A stretch of DNA of 51,997 nt, from positions 1 to 51,997 of the forward strand of contig JAYPQH010000035.1 in the NCBI GenBank assembly GCA_038131935.1, in the 5' to 3' direction. Source of the stretch: Alphaproteobacteria bacterium. Its GTDB lineage: Bacteria > Pseudomonadota > Alphaproteobacteria > UBA8317. Positions 11,343-22,441 of the stretch are shown piece after piece (position 1 is the stretch's first letter; every line of letters begins with the position of its first letter). The notes beneath the pieces are model-generated. The model was not told the DNA's origin. It was given only the letters and a program-made list of their open reading frames with translations, and searched no databases. The translations under genes and the position numbers were made by a program.

Positions 11343-12506
11343 TTATGAGGACGGAAAAGGCATTGCTTGCCGATCAATTAATGCGCGAAGGAATTCTTCG
11401 CACATGGTCAATTGTTCAAGGCTTACATATTCATTAGGTTTGTGAGCCTGTTCGATGGAACCAGGGCCGCATATAATGGTTGAATATCCAGCATCTTGGA
11501 AAATACCAGCTTCTGTTACGTATGATACAGCTGCGGCTTCTTGGTCTTTGAGAATATCAGAGACAATCTCGCGTGCTCGACCGCCATTTGGTTCTGGGCG
11601 AAATGGTGATGCATTTGCAATTCTGGTGGTCGTGATTGTCGTATCTGGGGCAACTTGATGCATTTTGGCGAGCAATTCATTGGCTTTATTCTGTAAAAGG
11701 TCAGCATAGCGTCCTGGGTCATCCCCGGGTACAGCACGTACATCCCACAAAAACTCACAATGCTCTGATATGATGTTAAGCGCTGTACCACCATGAACAA
11801 CACCGACATGAATGGTTGTGTAAGGCGGATCAAAACGACTATTTGGATCTGCGTTGAGGCGAAGGTCGTCAGCCTGTTCTTGTAAAAAATTTATCAATAT
11901 TGCTGCATTCATCACAGCGCTCACACCTTGATGGGTTAAGCTTGAATGTGCAGCAGATCCAGTCACTACTGTTTTGTAAGCATGCAAGCTTTTATGGGCA
12001 TCGATGATGTTCATCATACTTGGCTCGCCAACGATTACCGCATCAATGGGTGGTAGGTTTTTCTCCATGGCCTCAACCAGTGTAGGAACACCTGTACAAC
12101 CTACCTCTTCATCATAAGATAATGCAAAATGAATTGGTCTTTTGAGTTCTGCTTTAAGCATCTCTGGAACCAAGGACAATCCAACAGCTGAGAAACCTTT
12201 CATGTCACAGGTCCCTCGTCCATAAAGTCTGTCACCTTTTTCCGTGAGTGTGAATGGATCCGTATCCCAAGGTTGGCCCTCAACAGGTACAACATCAGTA
12301 TGCCCAGATAAAACGATGCCTCCTGCAACTTGCGGTCCAATGGTGGCAAAAAGATTGGCCTTTGTTCCTTCTTGATTGTATACCAAGTGCGAAGGAATAT
12401 GATGGTCTTGTAAGTAATTTTGCACGAATTGAATAAGTTCTAGGTTCGACTGTGATGAGATGGTGTTAAAGCCAACCAATTTGGTGAGCATATCTTGTGC
12501 ATTCAT
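11343..12506 (-). CDS. argE: Acetylornithine deacetylase (M20 family)
   Basis: Motifs [34 protein letters not shown] and [14 protein letters not shown]. Confidence 0.88.
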   Translation of the reverse strand: MNAQDMLTKLVGFNTISSQSNLELIQFVQNYLQDHHIPSHLVYNQEGTKANLFATIGPQVAGGIVLSGHTDVVPVEGQPWDTDPFTLTEKGDRLYGRGTCDMKGFSAVGLSLVPEMLKAELKRPIHFALSYDEEVGCTGVPTLVEAMEKNLPPIDAVIVGEPSMMNIIDAHKSLHAYKTVVTGSAAHSSLTHQGVSAVMNAAILINFLQEQADDLRLNADPNSRFDPPYTTIHVGVVHGGTALNIISEHCEFLWDVRAVPGDDPGRYADLLQNKANELLAKMHQVAPDTTITTTRIANASPFRPEPNGGRAREIVSDILKDQEAAAVSYVTEAGIFQDAGYSTIICGPGSIEQAHKPNEYVSLEQLTMCEEFLRALIDRQAMPFPSS

Positions 12507-12633
12507 CTGTAATCTCCAAAAACGCGATGGTATCTAAAACAACGGTTCTTCCAACACCAATAATTGTCAAGTGACACTAGTCTTTTATGTATTTTTTGCT
12601 ACCCTTGCACATCAATTCAAACAAAGAGTGGTG

Positions 12634-13950
12634 ATGATGGTACAAGAACAAGGTCGAGGATCGTTTGCACAAATCGTAGGTGATGACGAGAATTTAGCCG
12701 CTGAGAGACAAGAATTAACCGCACTTGGTCTTCAACAAATGTCACAATATGGGCAAAATATCTTGGCGTTTGTTGATGATGCTGTCCCACAAAGTGATCA
12801 TAGCAGTTTCCATTCCGAACAATCTCTCAGCGGCCTTATGATAGGTATCAAAGATATTATCGACACAAAGTGCCATCCCACCCAATATGGCTCACCTATT
12901 TACGAAGGCTATCAGCCGAAAGCAGATGCCAGCGTGGTTGCCAAAGCGAAATCACATGGTTGTATGATTTTGGGTAAGACTGTCACGACAGAATTCGCAA
13001 ATGTCTCTCCTGGCAAAACAAAAAATCCCTTTCGTCTCACACATACCCCGGGTGGATCTTCTAGTGGATCAGCTGCAGCCGTCGCTGCTGGATTTCTTCC
13101 CATGGCTTTAGGAACTCAAACGTCCGGGTCGATTATCAGACCTGCATCATTTTGTGGGGTTGTGGGCTACAAGCCAACTTATGGCTTGGTATCTAAAGCT
13201 GGGGTAAAAGCATTATCGGGGACTTTAGATACGGTGGGTGGATTTACAAGATATGTCAGGGATATGCGTGTTCTTGCACAACTTCTTGCCCCCCAGGCTG
13301 GTTTTCGAAGGGAACAGATACCTTTAGAAGGGCTTAGGGTCGGTCTTCTCTCTTGGCCCATGCAAAGTGAGGCCAATGATGATGCCCTGATGCGGCTTTC
13401 TGATGTCGCGCGATCGCTTGAGATGAAAGGTGCCATGATCAAAGACGTTGATTTACCCCATAGCTGGAGCTTTTTGTTTTCCGATCAGCAAACCATCATG
13501 GCTGTAGAGAGTCTCGATAACCTCTCGGATGAATTTCTTAACCACAAGCCTCAACTCTCAGATGCATTATGCCAATTGCTCGTGGATGCCCAAGATATCG
13601 CTGCAGCTGACTATCTACAGGCAAGACAAAGAGCCTTAATGGCAGAGCAAGAAGGTGCAAAATTGTTCCAACAATTTGATGTACTCCTTTGTTTGTCGAC
13701 CAAAGGTGAGGCGCCGGAGGGATTGGCAAATACCGGCGATCCTATGTTCAATCGCATGTGGACATTGCTTGGTTATCCTACACTTACATTGCCAGCTGGG
13801 GTAGGTGACACAGGTCTGCCTTTGGGTATCCAAGTGGCGCAGAATAAGTTTTGTGATGGACATCTTATCAATATTGCCGAAAGTATTGAGGGTGCATTGA
13901 ACGAGCAGTGTTGGGGACATCAATTTTATAAACTTGATCCAAGACTGTAG
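12634..13950 (+). CDS. Amidase signature family protein
   Basis: Motifs GIKDIID, GKTVTTEFA, PGGSSSGSAAAVAAG and GTQTSGSIIRPASFCG. The start is approximate. Confidence 0.9.
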   Translation: MMVQEQGRGSFAQIVGDDENLAAERQELTALGLQQMSQYGQNILAFVDDAVPQSDHSSFHSEQSLSGLMIGIKDIIDTKCHPTQYGSPIYEGYQPKADASVVAKAKSHGCMILGKTVTTEFANVSPGKTKNPFRLTHTPGGSSSGSAAAVAAGFLPMALGTQTSGSIIRPASFCGVVGYKPTYGLVSKAGVKALSGTLDTVGGFTRYVRDMRVLAQLLAPQAGFRREQIPLEGLRVGLLSWPMQSEANDDALMRLSDVARSLEMKGAMIKDVDLPHSWSFLFSDQQTIMAVESLDNLSDEFLNHKPQLSDALCQLLVDAQDIAAADYLQARQRALMAEQEGAKLFQQFDVLLCLSTKGEAPEGLANTGDPMFNRMWTLLGYPTLTLPAGVGDTGLPLGIQVAQNKFCDGHLINIAESIEGALNEQCWGHQFYKLDPRL

Positions 13951-13979
13951 GCTGTAAACATAAAATTTTGGGGGTAAAA

Positions 13980-14720
13980 ATGTTGTATCAAAAAGAAAGG
14001 ACAGACTTGGCTTGTGCGCTACGTTGGGCTGTCCGTTATGACCTGCATGAAGGGGTATGTAATCATTTTTCGATGGCGCTCCCCAATGATGATGGGGTTA
14101 TGAAAGGTGATCGTTTTTTGATCAATCCCTATGGGGTTCATTGGTCACAGATGAAGGCTTCAGACATCATTCTCGTTAATGATGAGGGCGAGGTTTTGGA
14201 TGGAACCCGGGAAGTAGAACCAACCGCCTTTTTTATTCATTCTCGCGTACATAAAGCTGCACCCGGGGCTGTAGCCGTGCTGCATACCCACCAACCTTAC
14301 GCGACGGCGCTCACCATTATAGAGCAGGGACGTTTAGAAATGTGTGAGCAGAACGCCCTCATGTTTGATGGGCGCCTATCTTACGATGATGATTATGAAG
14401 GGTTGGCCTTGGATGGTGCAGAGGGCGATCGTTTAGCCCGAAAACTAGGAAATGGACAAATTTTGATGATGGCAAGTCATGGTGTGATGACCACGGGTAT
14501 CAATGTAGCTGAGGCATTCACGGACTTGTATTATCTCGAACGTGCAGCACGCTTACAAATTCTTGCCGCGTCCACAGGCAAGCCACTGCGCACCATATCA
14601 GATGAAATACGCGCGCATGCACGACAACAATTTGTAACCGAGAGAGCCATCGTTGCTGAAAGGCATTTCCGTGCGTTGGGCGACATCTTGGATCGTGAGG
14701 AGCCCGAATACCGTCATTAA
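13980..14720 (+). CDS. Class II aldolase/adducin family protein
   Basis: Motifs EGVCNHFS, FLINPYG, AFFIHSRVH, VLHTHQPY, SHGV and YYLERAA. Confidence 0.9.
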   Translation: MLYQKERTDLACALRWAVRYDLHEGVCNHFSMALPNDDGVMKGDRFLINPYGVHWSQMKASDIILVNDEGEVLDGTREVEPTAFFIHSRVHKAAPGAVAVLHTHQPYATALTIIEQGRLEMCEQNALMFDGRLSYDDDYEGLALDGAEGDRLARKLGNGQILMMASHGVMTTGINVAEAFTDLYYLERAARLQILAASTGKPLRTISDEIRAHARQQFVTERAIVAERHFRALGDILDREEPEYRH

Positions 14721-14824
14721 TCTATGTTGGATAAACTGATATAACGGTATCATTGTAACATTACTCAAGCTTTTGGGTTGGGAAGATGTTACCAGATGCA
14801 AACAAAAATATACGAGGAAATACA

Positions 14825-15757
14825 ATGCGTACCGTCGTCACTGCCGCGGCACAGATGGGGCCCAATCAACGTTCTGATACAAGAACAGATATCGTTTCAA
14901 GAATGATGATGCTCATGAAGGAAGCCTCTGCACAAGGTGCTGACTTTATTGTCTATCCTGAGTTATGTCTCACAACGTTTTTTCCACGGTGGTATGTGGA
15001 GAATATAGAAGAGTGCGACCACTGGTTTGAGTCAGAAATGCCCAGTGCAGAGACGCAACCTTTATTTGCATTGGCGCAATCACTTCAGATGTCCTTCACC
15101 TTTGGTTTTGCGGAAAAAACACATGATGGACGTCGTTTTAATACCTCTATACAGGTGGAAAGTTCTGGAAAAATTGTAGGGAAATACCGGAAGATACATC
15201 TTCCTGGCCATGATCAATTTGACCCTGATCGAACCTTTCAGCATCTAGAGAAGCGTTACTTTGAACCTGGAGACCTTGGTTTCCCTGTATACCGTACCTT
15301 GGGCGGGCTTTTTGGCATGTGTATTTGTAATGACCGACGCTGGCCAGAAACTTTTCGCTCCATGGGCTTGCAAGGGGTGGAAATGGTTACGTTGGGCTAT
15401 AATACCCCCTCGTCGAATTCCCAAAAGCCAGAGGAAACAGATGAAAAGAGAATGTTCCACTCAAATCTTGTGATGCAGGCAGGTGCGTACCAAAACAGCT
15501 GTTGGGTCGTAGGTGTGGCAAAAGCAGGTGATGAAGATGGCCATCCCATGATTGGGGGGTCAGCAATTATCAATCCAGATGGTGAAATTTGTGTGTCAGC
15601 GGCAACAGACGGTGACGAGTTGTTGGTCTATCCTTGCGATCTTGACGCATGTCATTTTGGAAAACAGACAGTTTTTGATTTTGGCAGACATCGTCGTATT
15701 GAGCATTATCAAAGAATTACCAGCCAAGTTGGTGTGTTAACCCCTCCAGATACGTGA
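14825..15757 (+). CDS. N-carbamoyl-D-amino acid hydrolase (carbon-nitrogen hydrolase family)
   Basis: Glu-Lys-Cys triad in YPELCLTTFFPRW, YRKIHLPGH and ICNDRRWPE, plus QHLEKRYF and GYNTP. RBS GAGGA. Confidence 0.9.
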   Translation: MRTVVTAAAQMGPNQRSDTRTDIVSRMMMLMKEASAQGADFIVYPELCLTTFFPRWYVENIEECDHWFESEMPSAETQPLFALAQSLQMSFTFGFAEKTHDGRRFNTSIQVESSGKIVGKYRKIHLPGHDQFDPDRTFQHLEKRYFEPGDLGFPVYRTLGGLFGMCICNDRRWPETFRSMGLQGVEMVTLGYNTPSSNSQKPEETDEKRMFHSNLVMQAGAYQNSCWVVGVAKAGDEDGHPMIGGSAIINPDGEICVSAATDGDELLVYPCDLDACHFGKQTVFDFGRHRRIEHYQRITSQVGVLTPPDT

Positions 15758-15839
15758 TCACGAAATCACATTGACGTCCCAGTTGTCTCTTGGCAGGCTT
15801 TCATTGTTATTTTGATGGTTAACATCTGGAGTGGTGTCT

Positions 15840-17294
15840 ATGGAGAACCTTGCATTTGCTTCTGCATGCACGCTGGCATCTTTGTTGGCGGAAAAAAAAA
15901 TTTCAAGTGTCGAATTGGTGGGTTTGTATGCAAAGCGAATTGCACAGCATAATGGGACTATCAACGCCATTATTTGGAAGGATCTCGACGCTGCATATGA
16001 ACAAGCACGGCTGTCAGATCAACGTCGGGCTGAAGGCAAGACATTAAGTATTTTTGATGGTGTTCCTTGCACAGTGAAGGAATCATTTCAGGTCTCAGGG
16101 TGGCCAACGACATGGGGTGTCCCAGATCAAAAAAATAATGTCACATCAACAGCATCAGATCTTGTATCTCGATATCTCGGGGCTGGCTTGATCCTCATGG
16201 GCAAAACGAATGTACCCCTTTTGTTATCAGACTGGCAGACATTCAACGATATTTACGGGACAACCTCTAACCCTTGGGGGCATGGTTTGATACCTGGTGG
16301 CTCTTCGGGTGGGTCGGCGGCAGCTCTTGCTGCAGGACTTACGGGATTGGAGGCAGGCAGTGATATTGGTGCATCCATACGTAACCCGGCCCATTATTGT
16401 GGGGTTTATGGCCATAAACCAACCTTTGGTGTTGTGTCCCCACGAGGACAATCACTGGGCGCAGATCTTGCCATGACGGATATTGCTGTTGTCGGACCCA
16501 TGGCACGTTCAGCTGAAGATTTAATTCATGCCTTTTCTATTGTTGCTGGCCCCCCCGATGACATTGCAGCGGGCTGGACATTGTCATTACCAAAACCATC
16601 CCCCAAACCGTTGTCTGATTATCGCGTTGCAATCATAGATAACTCAACAGTCAGCGAAGTTGATGACCAGGTACGAGAAAAACTCCAAGAGCTTGGAAAT
16701 TGGCTTGAATTGCAAGGCACAAAGGTGCATCGGGATGTGCGCCCAGCTTTCTCCGATGAAGAAGCAATGGATGTCTATTTATGGTTGCTACGCGGTGCCA
16801 CATCGAAACGTATGAGTGATGCCTTTGTTGATAGTATCGAGGAACAGCTCGCGGTGCTTCCAAGTCATTATGATTACCAGCGTCGGGCACTTGAAGCACA
16901 ACGTATGTCGCATCGCCATTGGTTACGTTGGGATGAAAAGCGTTTGCAATTGGGCAAGCTTTGGGCGGAATTCTTCAAAGATTTTGACCTCTTACTATGT
17001 CCCGCTGCGGCATCCACTGCGTACCAACATGATCAAGAAAATGAGCGCTTTGCCCGTGTTATTCAGGTCAATGGAAAGGATGTTCCCACCACCGATCAGC
17101 TTTTTTGGGCGGGTCACAGTTGTGTCGCCTATTTACCAGCCACAGTGGCGCCAATTGGTTTGGCAAGAAATGGTCTGCCTGTTGGGGTCCAAATCGTAGG
17201 GCCTAAATTTGGCGATTATGCCTGTATGCAGTTCGCTGCACTGTTAGAAAAATATTATGGTGGATTTCAGATACCACCAAACATGACCACGTAA
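15840..17294 (+). CDS. Amidase signature family protein
   Basis: Motifs TVKESF, GKTNVP, PGGSSGGSAAALAAG and GSDIGASIRNPAHYCG. Confidence 0.92.
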   Translation: MENLAFASACTLASLLAEKKISSVELVGLYAKRIAQHNGTINAIIWKDLDAAYEQARLSDQRRAEGKTLSIFDGVPCTVKESFQVSGWPTTWGVPDQKNNVTSTASDLVSRYLGAGLILMGKTNVPLLLSDWQTFNDIYGTTSNPWGHGLIPGGSSGGSAAALAAGLTGLEAGSDIGASIRNPAHYCGVYGHKPTFGVVSPRGQSLGADLAMTDIAVVGPMARSAEDLIHAFSIVAGPPDDIAAGWTLSLPKPSPKPLSDYRVAIIDNSTVSEVDDQVREKLQELGNWLELQGTKVHRDVRPAFSDEEAMDVYLWLLRGATSKRMSDAFVDSIEEQLAVLPSHYDYQRRALEAQRMSHRHWLRWDEKRLQLGKLWAEFFKDFDLLLCPAAASTAYQHDQENERFARVIQVNGKDVPTTDQLFWAGHSCVAYLPATVAPIGLARNGLPVGVQIVGPKFGDYACMQFAALLEKYYGGFQIPPNMTT

Positions 17295-17314
17295 AAACGA
17301 TTTGGAGACCCAAA

Positions 17315-18698
17315 ATGTCATCTCAAGAACATGATGCAACCCTTATTTTTGCGGATCATATTGCCAATCATCCTTATGAATCACTTCCAACGGAAGCCGT
17401 TCGTGCCGCCAAAATATTTCTTCTTGATAGCCATCGTGTTGGGGTGATGGGTACGAAAGCACCACATGTGCGTGCTTGGTTAGATGGTCTTGCTGATGGT
17501 TCTGGGGCGGGGCGTGGTCGGGTCTTGGCCATGTCGGATAGACTGCCAACCCCAGCGGCGGCGGCTGCAAATGCGTTTTTGATCCATAACTCAGAATATG
17601 ATTGCGTTCATGAGCAAGCCGTTCTCCATCCCATGGCGGTTCTTCTTGGTTCCCTGTTGCCAACAATTGATGAGCTAGGTCCTGATTTATTGATTGATGG
17701 TCGTACTTTGTTGCGCGCAATTATTCTTGGCGTTGATGTTGCCTGTCACATTGGCAGTGCTGTGAACACTGGGCTGAAGTTTTTTCGACCCGCAACGGCA
17801 GGTGGTTTTGGAGCGGTTGCTGCATTGGCAATTTTGCATCAATGCAGCAAAGAGCAACTTTTAGATGCTTGGGGCCTCTATTATGCACAGGCCAGCGGCA
17901 CCATGCAGGCACATAGAGAAGGTTTACCTCTTTTGGCAATGCAAGTAGGTTTTTGTGCCCGAAGTGCGGTAACAGCCATCCATTTGGCAAAACATAACAT
18001 TCCAGGGACCCGCAATACGCTCGAAGGGCCGTTTGGATATTTAAACCTCATGGAGGACGGTTATGATAAAAATCTGTTATGTGGTGAATTAGGAAAAATT
18101 TGGCGTATAACAGAGGTGGCACACAAACCATTCCCTAGTGGACGCGCCACACATGGTGTTGTTGATGGGCTGCGGCAAATGATGCAGGAGCACGAACTGC
18201 ATGGTGAAGATGTTGCCAAATTAGAGGTATCTGTTCCGCCTTTAACATACAGACTTGTTGGACGTCCCGTCCTTGAGGAAATGACCGTAAATTATGCCAG
18301 ACTTTGTGGTCGTTATTGCCTCGCAAGGGTGCTTAAAACAGGTCATCTTGGGCCACAAGATTTTGATCCACAGCTTATTCATGATCCTGATAATGTTCAC
18401 TCGGCGAAGCAAATTTCTATGCTCGAGGACAGGCAACCCTGATCCGAATGCCTTGAGCCCTGTAACATTAAAACTTACGCAAAAAGATGGACAAATATGG
18501 CATAAAACGGTTGATGTTATTTATGGAAATCCTGCTCATGCGATGTCCCAAGAGGCTCATACACAAAAATATTTAGACAATATTGGACTCGTTGGTACCC
18601 AGGTTCATCCAGAAGCTTCAACATTGGTAGATATGGTGCAGGCAATAGAAACCCAAGATGATTGTCGTGTCCTTTTGGATATATTGACCCCAGCATGA
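17315..18698 (+). CDS. MmgE/PrpD family protein (frameshift at ~18420-18440)
   Basis: Motifs HNSEYDCVHEQAVLHP, LEGPFGY and HKPFPSGRATHG. The C-terminal half (NPDPNALSP...YGNPAHAMS) continues in the frame of ORF 18294-18698, whose TGA overlaps the next ATG. Confidence 0.85.
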
Positions 18699-20065
18699 GC
18701 CGTTACTTTCAGCAGATGAGATCAGCGCCTGTGCAAGAGGATTACCCTCTTGCAGACAGGTTTCTGCAACGGTTTTCGACAATGTCCGTAGAGAGCTTAC
18801 GTGCCCTACAAGAACAGCGTTTTGCTCTCATCATGAAGCGTTGTTGGAACATTCCCTTTTATCAACGGCGCTGGCAAAAGGTGGGTTTGGAACCAGGTGA
18901 TATCAAAGGATTGGATGATATCGAAAAAATTCCTCCCTTTACCAAGCGTGATTTGCTGGAGAGCGTGGAAACCTATCCCCCTTTTGGGGACTTTCATGGG
19001 ATGGATGACATGAAAGATAAGTCCCGGGTTATTTTACAAACAACCTCAGGAACAACGGGAACGCCTCAGCCTATTTTGTGGGATGCAACGGATAGAGAAA
19101 TACAGAATATCTTGTTGGCCCGTGCCTACATCATGCAAGGCATGACAGATGATGATGTTGTACATTCTGTTTATGGGTTTGGAATGGTGAATGGCGGTCA
19201 CTACATTAGAGAGGCTGTTCTGCATCATACAGCTGCTCTTCTGTTACCTGCGGGTACAGGCGTGGAAACATCCTCCGTACGGCAAGTACAATTGATGAAG
19301 CAATTTGGTGCTACCATGTTGGTAGGATTCGGAGATTATTTGTTTCATTTGGCACGTGTTGCCCGTGAGCAAGGTCTTATACCTGGCCAAGATATTCCTC
19401 TGCGGATGATCTGTGGGCATATCAATCATGCCACACGACAAGAGCTTGAAGATCTTTGGGGGGGTGCAAAAGTATTTGATTGGTATGGCGTTGGGGATAC
19501 AGGTCTGCTTGCTGCAGAAGGTCCAGATAGAGATGGCCTTTATGTCATGGAGGATGCTCAATATGTTGAGGTTATAGACCCCACCACGTCAAAACAGCTG
19601 GCTGTAGGCGAAAAGGGGTGCGTTTGTGTTACCTCTTTATTCAAATCAACGATATACCCAATTGTCCGCTTCAATGTTCAAGACTTATCAACCCTTCACC
19701 CAAGAGATCCCAACGGGCATAACATTTTTCGCAAAATGGCGGGGTTTCAGGGGCGGCATGATGATATGGTCAAGTTACGGGGTGTAAATGTATTTCCATC
19801 CTCCATTGGTGCTTTTTTTGACCAATATTTTGGGCAAGAAAGTCAATTCGTATGCATTGTTACACGACAAAATGATCGGGATTCTATGGAAGTACTGGTA
19901 GAAATATCTGATGAGCAGCGCAATCATGAACATGTTCAAAAAGCCCTCACAGAACAGTTAGGGGTCTCGGTTCTCGTTTCCTTTGTTCCTCCTGGAGCAA
20001 CGGCAGAGCATACAGGTTTGATGGAACGACAAAAACCTCGCCGACTTATTGATCGCAGAGGTTAA
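18695..20065 (+). CDS. Phenylacetate--CoA ligase (PaaK)-like adenylate-forming enzyme
   Basis: Motifs TTSGTTGTP, DWYGVGDTG and GRHDDMVKLRGVNVFP. ATGA overlap with the upstream gene. Confidence 0.88.
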   Translation: MSRYFQQMRSAPVQEDYPLADRFLQRFSTMSVESLRALQEQRFALIMKRCWNIPFYQRRWQKVGLEPGDIKGLDDIEKIPPFTKRDLLESVETYPPFGDFHGMDDMKDKSRVILQTTSGTTGTPQPILWDATDREIQNILLARAYIMQGMTDDDVVHSVYGFGMVNGGHYIREAVLHHTAALLLPAGTGVETSSVRQVQLMKQFGATMLVGFGDYLFHLARVAREQGLIPGQDIPLRMICGHINHATRQELEDLWGGAKVFDWYGVGDTGLLAAEGPDRDGLYVMEDAQYVEVIDPTTSKQLAVGEKGCVCVTSLFKSTIYPIVRFNVQDLSTLHPRDPNGHNIFRKMAGFQGRHDDMVKLRGVNVFPSSIGAFFDQYFGQESQFVCIVTRQNDRDSMEVLVEISDEQRNHEHVQKALTEQLGVSVLVSFVPPGATAEHTGLMERQKPRRLIDRRG

Positions 20066-21423
20066 CGGTTATCATTTTGGCTTACCATCTGGGTGAGGTG
20101 ATTATTGATACTGTTGAGGGAGGTTGCGATAGGTAATGACAATAAGGAATTGAGAAGCATATCCACATTGGCTTGGTCAAAATCTTTTACGTTTCTTTTA
20201 AACTTTGCACATAAATCCTCTTCGCTCATGGGATTCTCAGGGTCACCTAAGGGTGTGTTGACATGAGCGGTCTCGACCACTTCCCTTGTTGTTGGTTGAT
20301 AGGCCATGACTGTTGTGGGCATGGCACCTGGAAAACGCCGGTTGAGATCATCATCGATGAGCACACGCATCTTATGTCTTAATGCTGCAATATCATCATC
20401 TTGACGGTTTTTTGCATCATACCACCCAACGTCAGGTTCTCCCTTTAAAAGTGTATAGGCTACGGCATGCTGAAGGCTAAACCGTGCCTCATGGTCTGTT
20501 TGAGGCTCAGCGTTGTCACAGAACATTTGGGCTGCTTGGTAGGTGTGTATGTCATAAAAATACTGTTCGGGTTGAGGTACTTTATTCTTCAATTCTAGTG
20601 CGGCTTGAATAGCTGCATGGCTATGGCGGCAGGCGGGCCAGGGTTTGAATGAAACCTCAAATATTTTAAATTGTTGTTCTTGTTGCATGGATGGCAATTG
20701 TTTGGCCGCCTGGGGATATAAGGTTGCAAAAAAGCCCAAGTCACCCTCTAAAATGCTATGTGGCCCGGGCATGTCAACTTGGGAGAGCCAAGCGCTGTGA
20801 ACCGCGGCGCGTGCAGCATGTCCGCAGACCAATGATTTTGATACGGTTGGTTCAAGACGACATTGCCAAAGCCCAGAGGCTTGCATCCCAGCATGACCCA
20901 ATGCGTCGCATTGTTGTTGCTCGTTAAGACCAAAGAGCAAAGCGGATGCGAAACAACCACCAAAAATACCGCATGTACTGGAATTATACCATGAAGAGTA
21001 ACCTTGTTTCGCGGCGCATTCTCCTATGATCAATGCTATTTCATATCCTCGTGTGATGGCTTTTAGTAATGCGTCGCCATCTGCATTGGTAAGTTGTGCG
21101 CTCACAAGTGCTGCAGGAATAATAATATCTCCTGCATGCAAAATGGATGCATTATGAACATCATCCATTTCCAAGATATTGCCCAAACAACCCATAACGA
21201 AGGCTGCGTCGAGATAATGCCGTTTGGTACCAGAGATATCGATACAAGAACCATGCCCAAGGTTTGCCCAAGGTAGATCTATGATGCGCCGACCCTCTGT
21301 TGTTGTTGAAGCCGCAAGTGCAATCCCAAACCAATCTAAAACATGCCATTTGGCCCGATCAATGGTTTCTGAATTGATGGGTCGACGGGCATGTTTGGCC
21401 AAATCAGTGCTCCAAGTTCGCAT
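20062..21423 (-). CDS. MmgE/PrpD family protein
   Basis: Motifs GNILEMDDVH...LHAG, ILEGDLGF, FKPWPACRHSH and GDPENPMS. Start MRTWST follows a GGAG RBS. Confidence 0.9.
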   Translation of the reverse strand: MRTWSTDLAKHARRPINSETIDRAKWHVLDWFGIALAASTTTEGRRIIDLPWANLGHGSCIDISGTKRHYLDAAFVMGCLGNILEMDDVHNASILHAGDIIIPAALVSAQLTNADGDALLKAITRGYEIALIIGECAAKQGYSSWYNSSTCGIFGGCFASALLFGLNEQQQCDALGHAGMQASGLWQCRLEPTVSKSLVCGHAARAAVHSAWLSQVDMPGPHSILEGDLGFFATLYPQAAKQLPSMQQEQQFKIFEVSFKPWPACRHSHAAIQAALELKNKVPQPEQYFYDIHTYQAAQMFCDNAEPQTDHEARFSLQHAVAYTLLKGEPDVGWYDAKNRQDDDIAALRHKMRVLIDDDLNRRFPGAMPTTVMAYQPTTREVVETAHVNTPLGDPENPMSEEDLCAKFKRNVKDFDQANVDMLLNSLLSLPIATSLNSINNHLTQMVSQNDNR

Positions 21424-21575
21424 GATGAAAACTCCAAAATTCAACATCCACAGGAAAAACATCACAAATCTAAAAGCATTTGGATAGTGAAGATTATGAA
21501 AAGTAAATGTTTCAATCTTGTGTTCAACAGTGGAAAGCGCTTTGTTAACGTAAACTTTTCCCGTCGGAGAAAAAA

Positions 21576-22436
21576 ATGACCACACAAAAAAATTTTCTAT
21601 GGCCCAATGGTTCGCGTGTTGCGGTATCGGTTGTTGTAAATATTGAGGAAGCCTCTGAAATGTCGGTGGCAAGAGGAGATAAGCGACCTGACCCTGTTGA
21701 TGAATTGGGGGTGGTGATCAAAGCGCCTGTAAGAAATTATGGCAATGAAAGTAATTATCTATATGGGCTACAAGTAGGGGCAGATCGCGTTTTTGGTCTC
21801 ATTGATCGTTACCAAATTCCCACAACAGTCACTGCTGCCGCGCAGAGTTTGGAGGCTTGCCCAGATTTGGCGCAGCGTTTGGGTCAGTCTCATCATGATG
21901 TCGCAGCCCATGGGTATCGTTGGATTCATCAATTTCACATGGATGAACAACAAGAGCGTGAATTCATTGCCAAAGCCACCGCGTCAATCACCCAAACAAC
22001 CGGTGTCAAACCTAAAGGATGGTTGTCGCGCTATATGCATACGGCAAAAACCCATGAAATTCTGGTAGAACAAGGTTACCTTTATCATATGGACAATTAT
22101 TCTTCAGAACATCCATTCAGGCAAAGATACCCAAAAGGTGATATCGTTGTTGTTCCTTACGCCTTAGATACCAACGACATGAAAATGTGGATTGACCCAG
22201 CCTATACACCAGATCAATGGGCAAAATATGTTTGTGATAGTCTTGATTGGATGCTTGAAGAAGAGGAACAGCCAGCCCTGTTGCTCTCTATTGGTGTCCA
22301 TTTGCGGATTGTGGGTCGCCCTGGACGGATGGCTGCATTCCGACGAATTTTAGACCATATCATGAGCAAGAAAAACATGGTTTGGTGTGCGACCCGACAT
22401 GATATCGCTCATGCCTGGTCAACAGCACATCTTTAA
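21576..22436 (+). CDS. Polysaccharide deacetylase family protein, PuuE allantoinase-like
   Basis: Motifs WPNGSRVAVSVVVNIEE, ESNYLYG, AHGYRW, PYALDTNDMK and IGVHLRIVGRPGR. Confidence 0.85.
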   Translation: MTTQKNFLWPNGSRVAVSVVVNIEEASEMSVARGDKRPDPVDELGVVIKAPVRNYGNESNYLYGLQVGADRVFGLIDRYQIPTTVTAAAQSLEACPDLAQRLGQSHHDVAAHGYRWIHQFHMDEQQEREFIAKATASITQTTGVKPKGWLSRYMHTAKTHEILVEQGYLYHMDNYSSEHPFRQRYPKGDIVVVPYALDTNDMKMWIDPAYTPDQWAKYVCDSLDWMLEEEEQPALLLSIGVHLRIVGRPGRMAAFRRILDHIMSKKNMVWCATRHDIAHAWSTAHL

Positions 22437-22441
22437 GTGTT

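Noticed and set aside
21424-21672. 83-aa N-terminal extension of the MmgE/PrpD ORF (20062-21672)
   Set aside because: It overlaps the divergent PuuE-like gene and promoter. A GGAG RBS supports the start at 21423.
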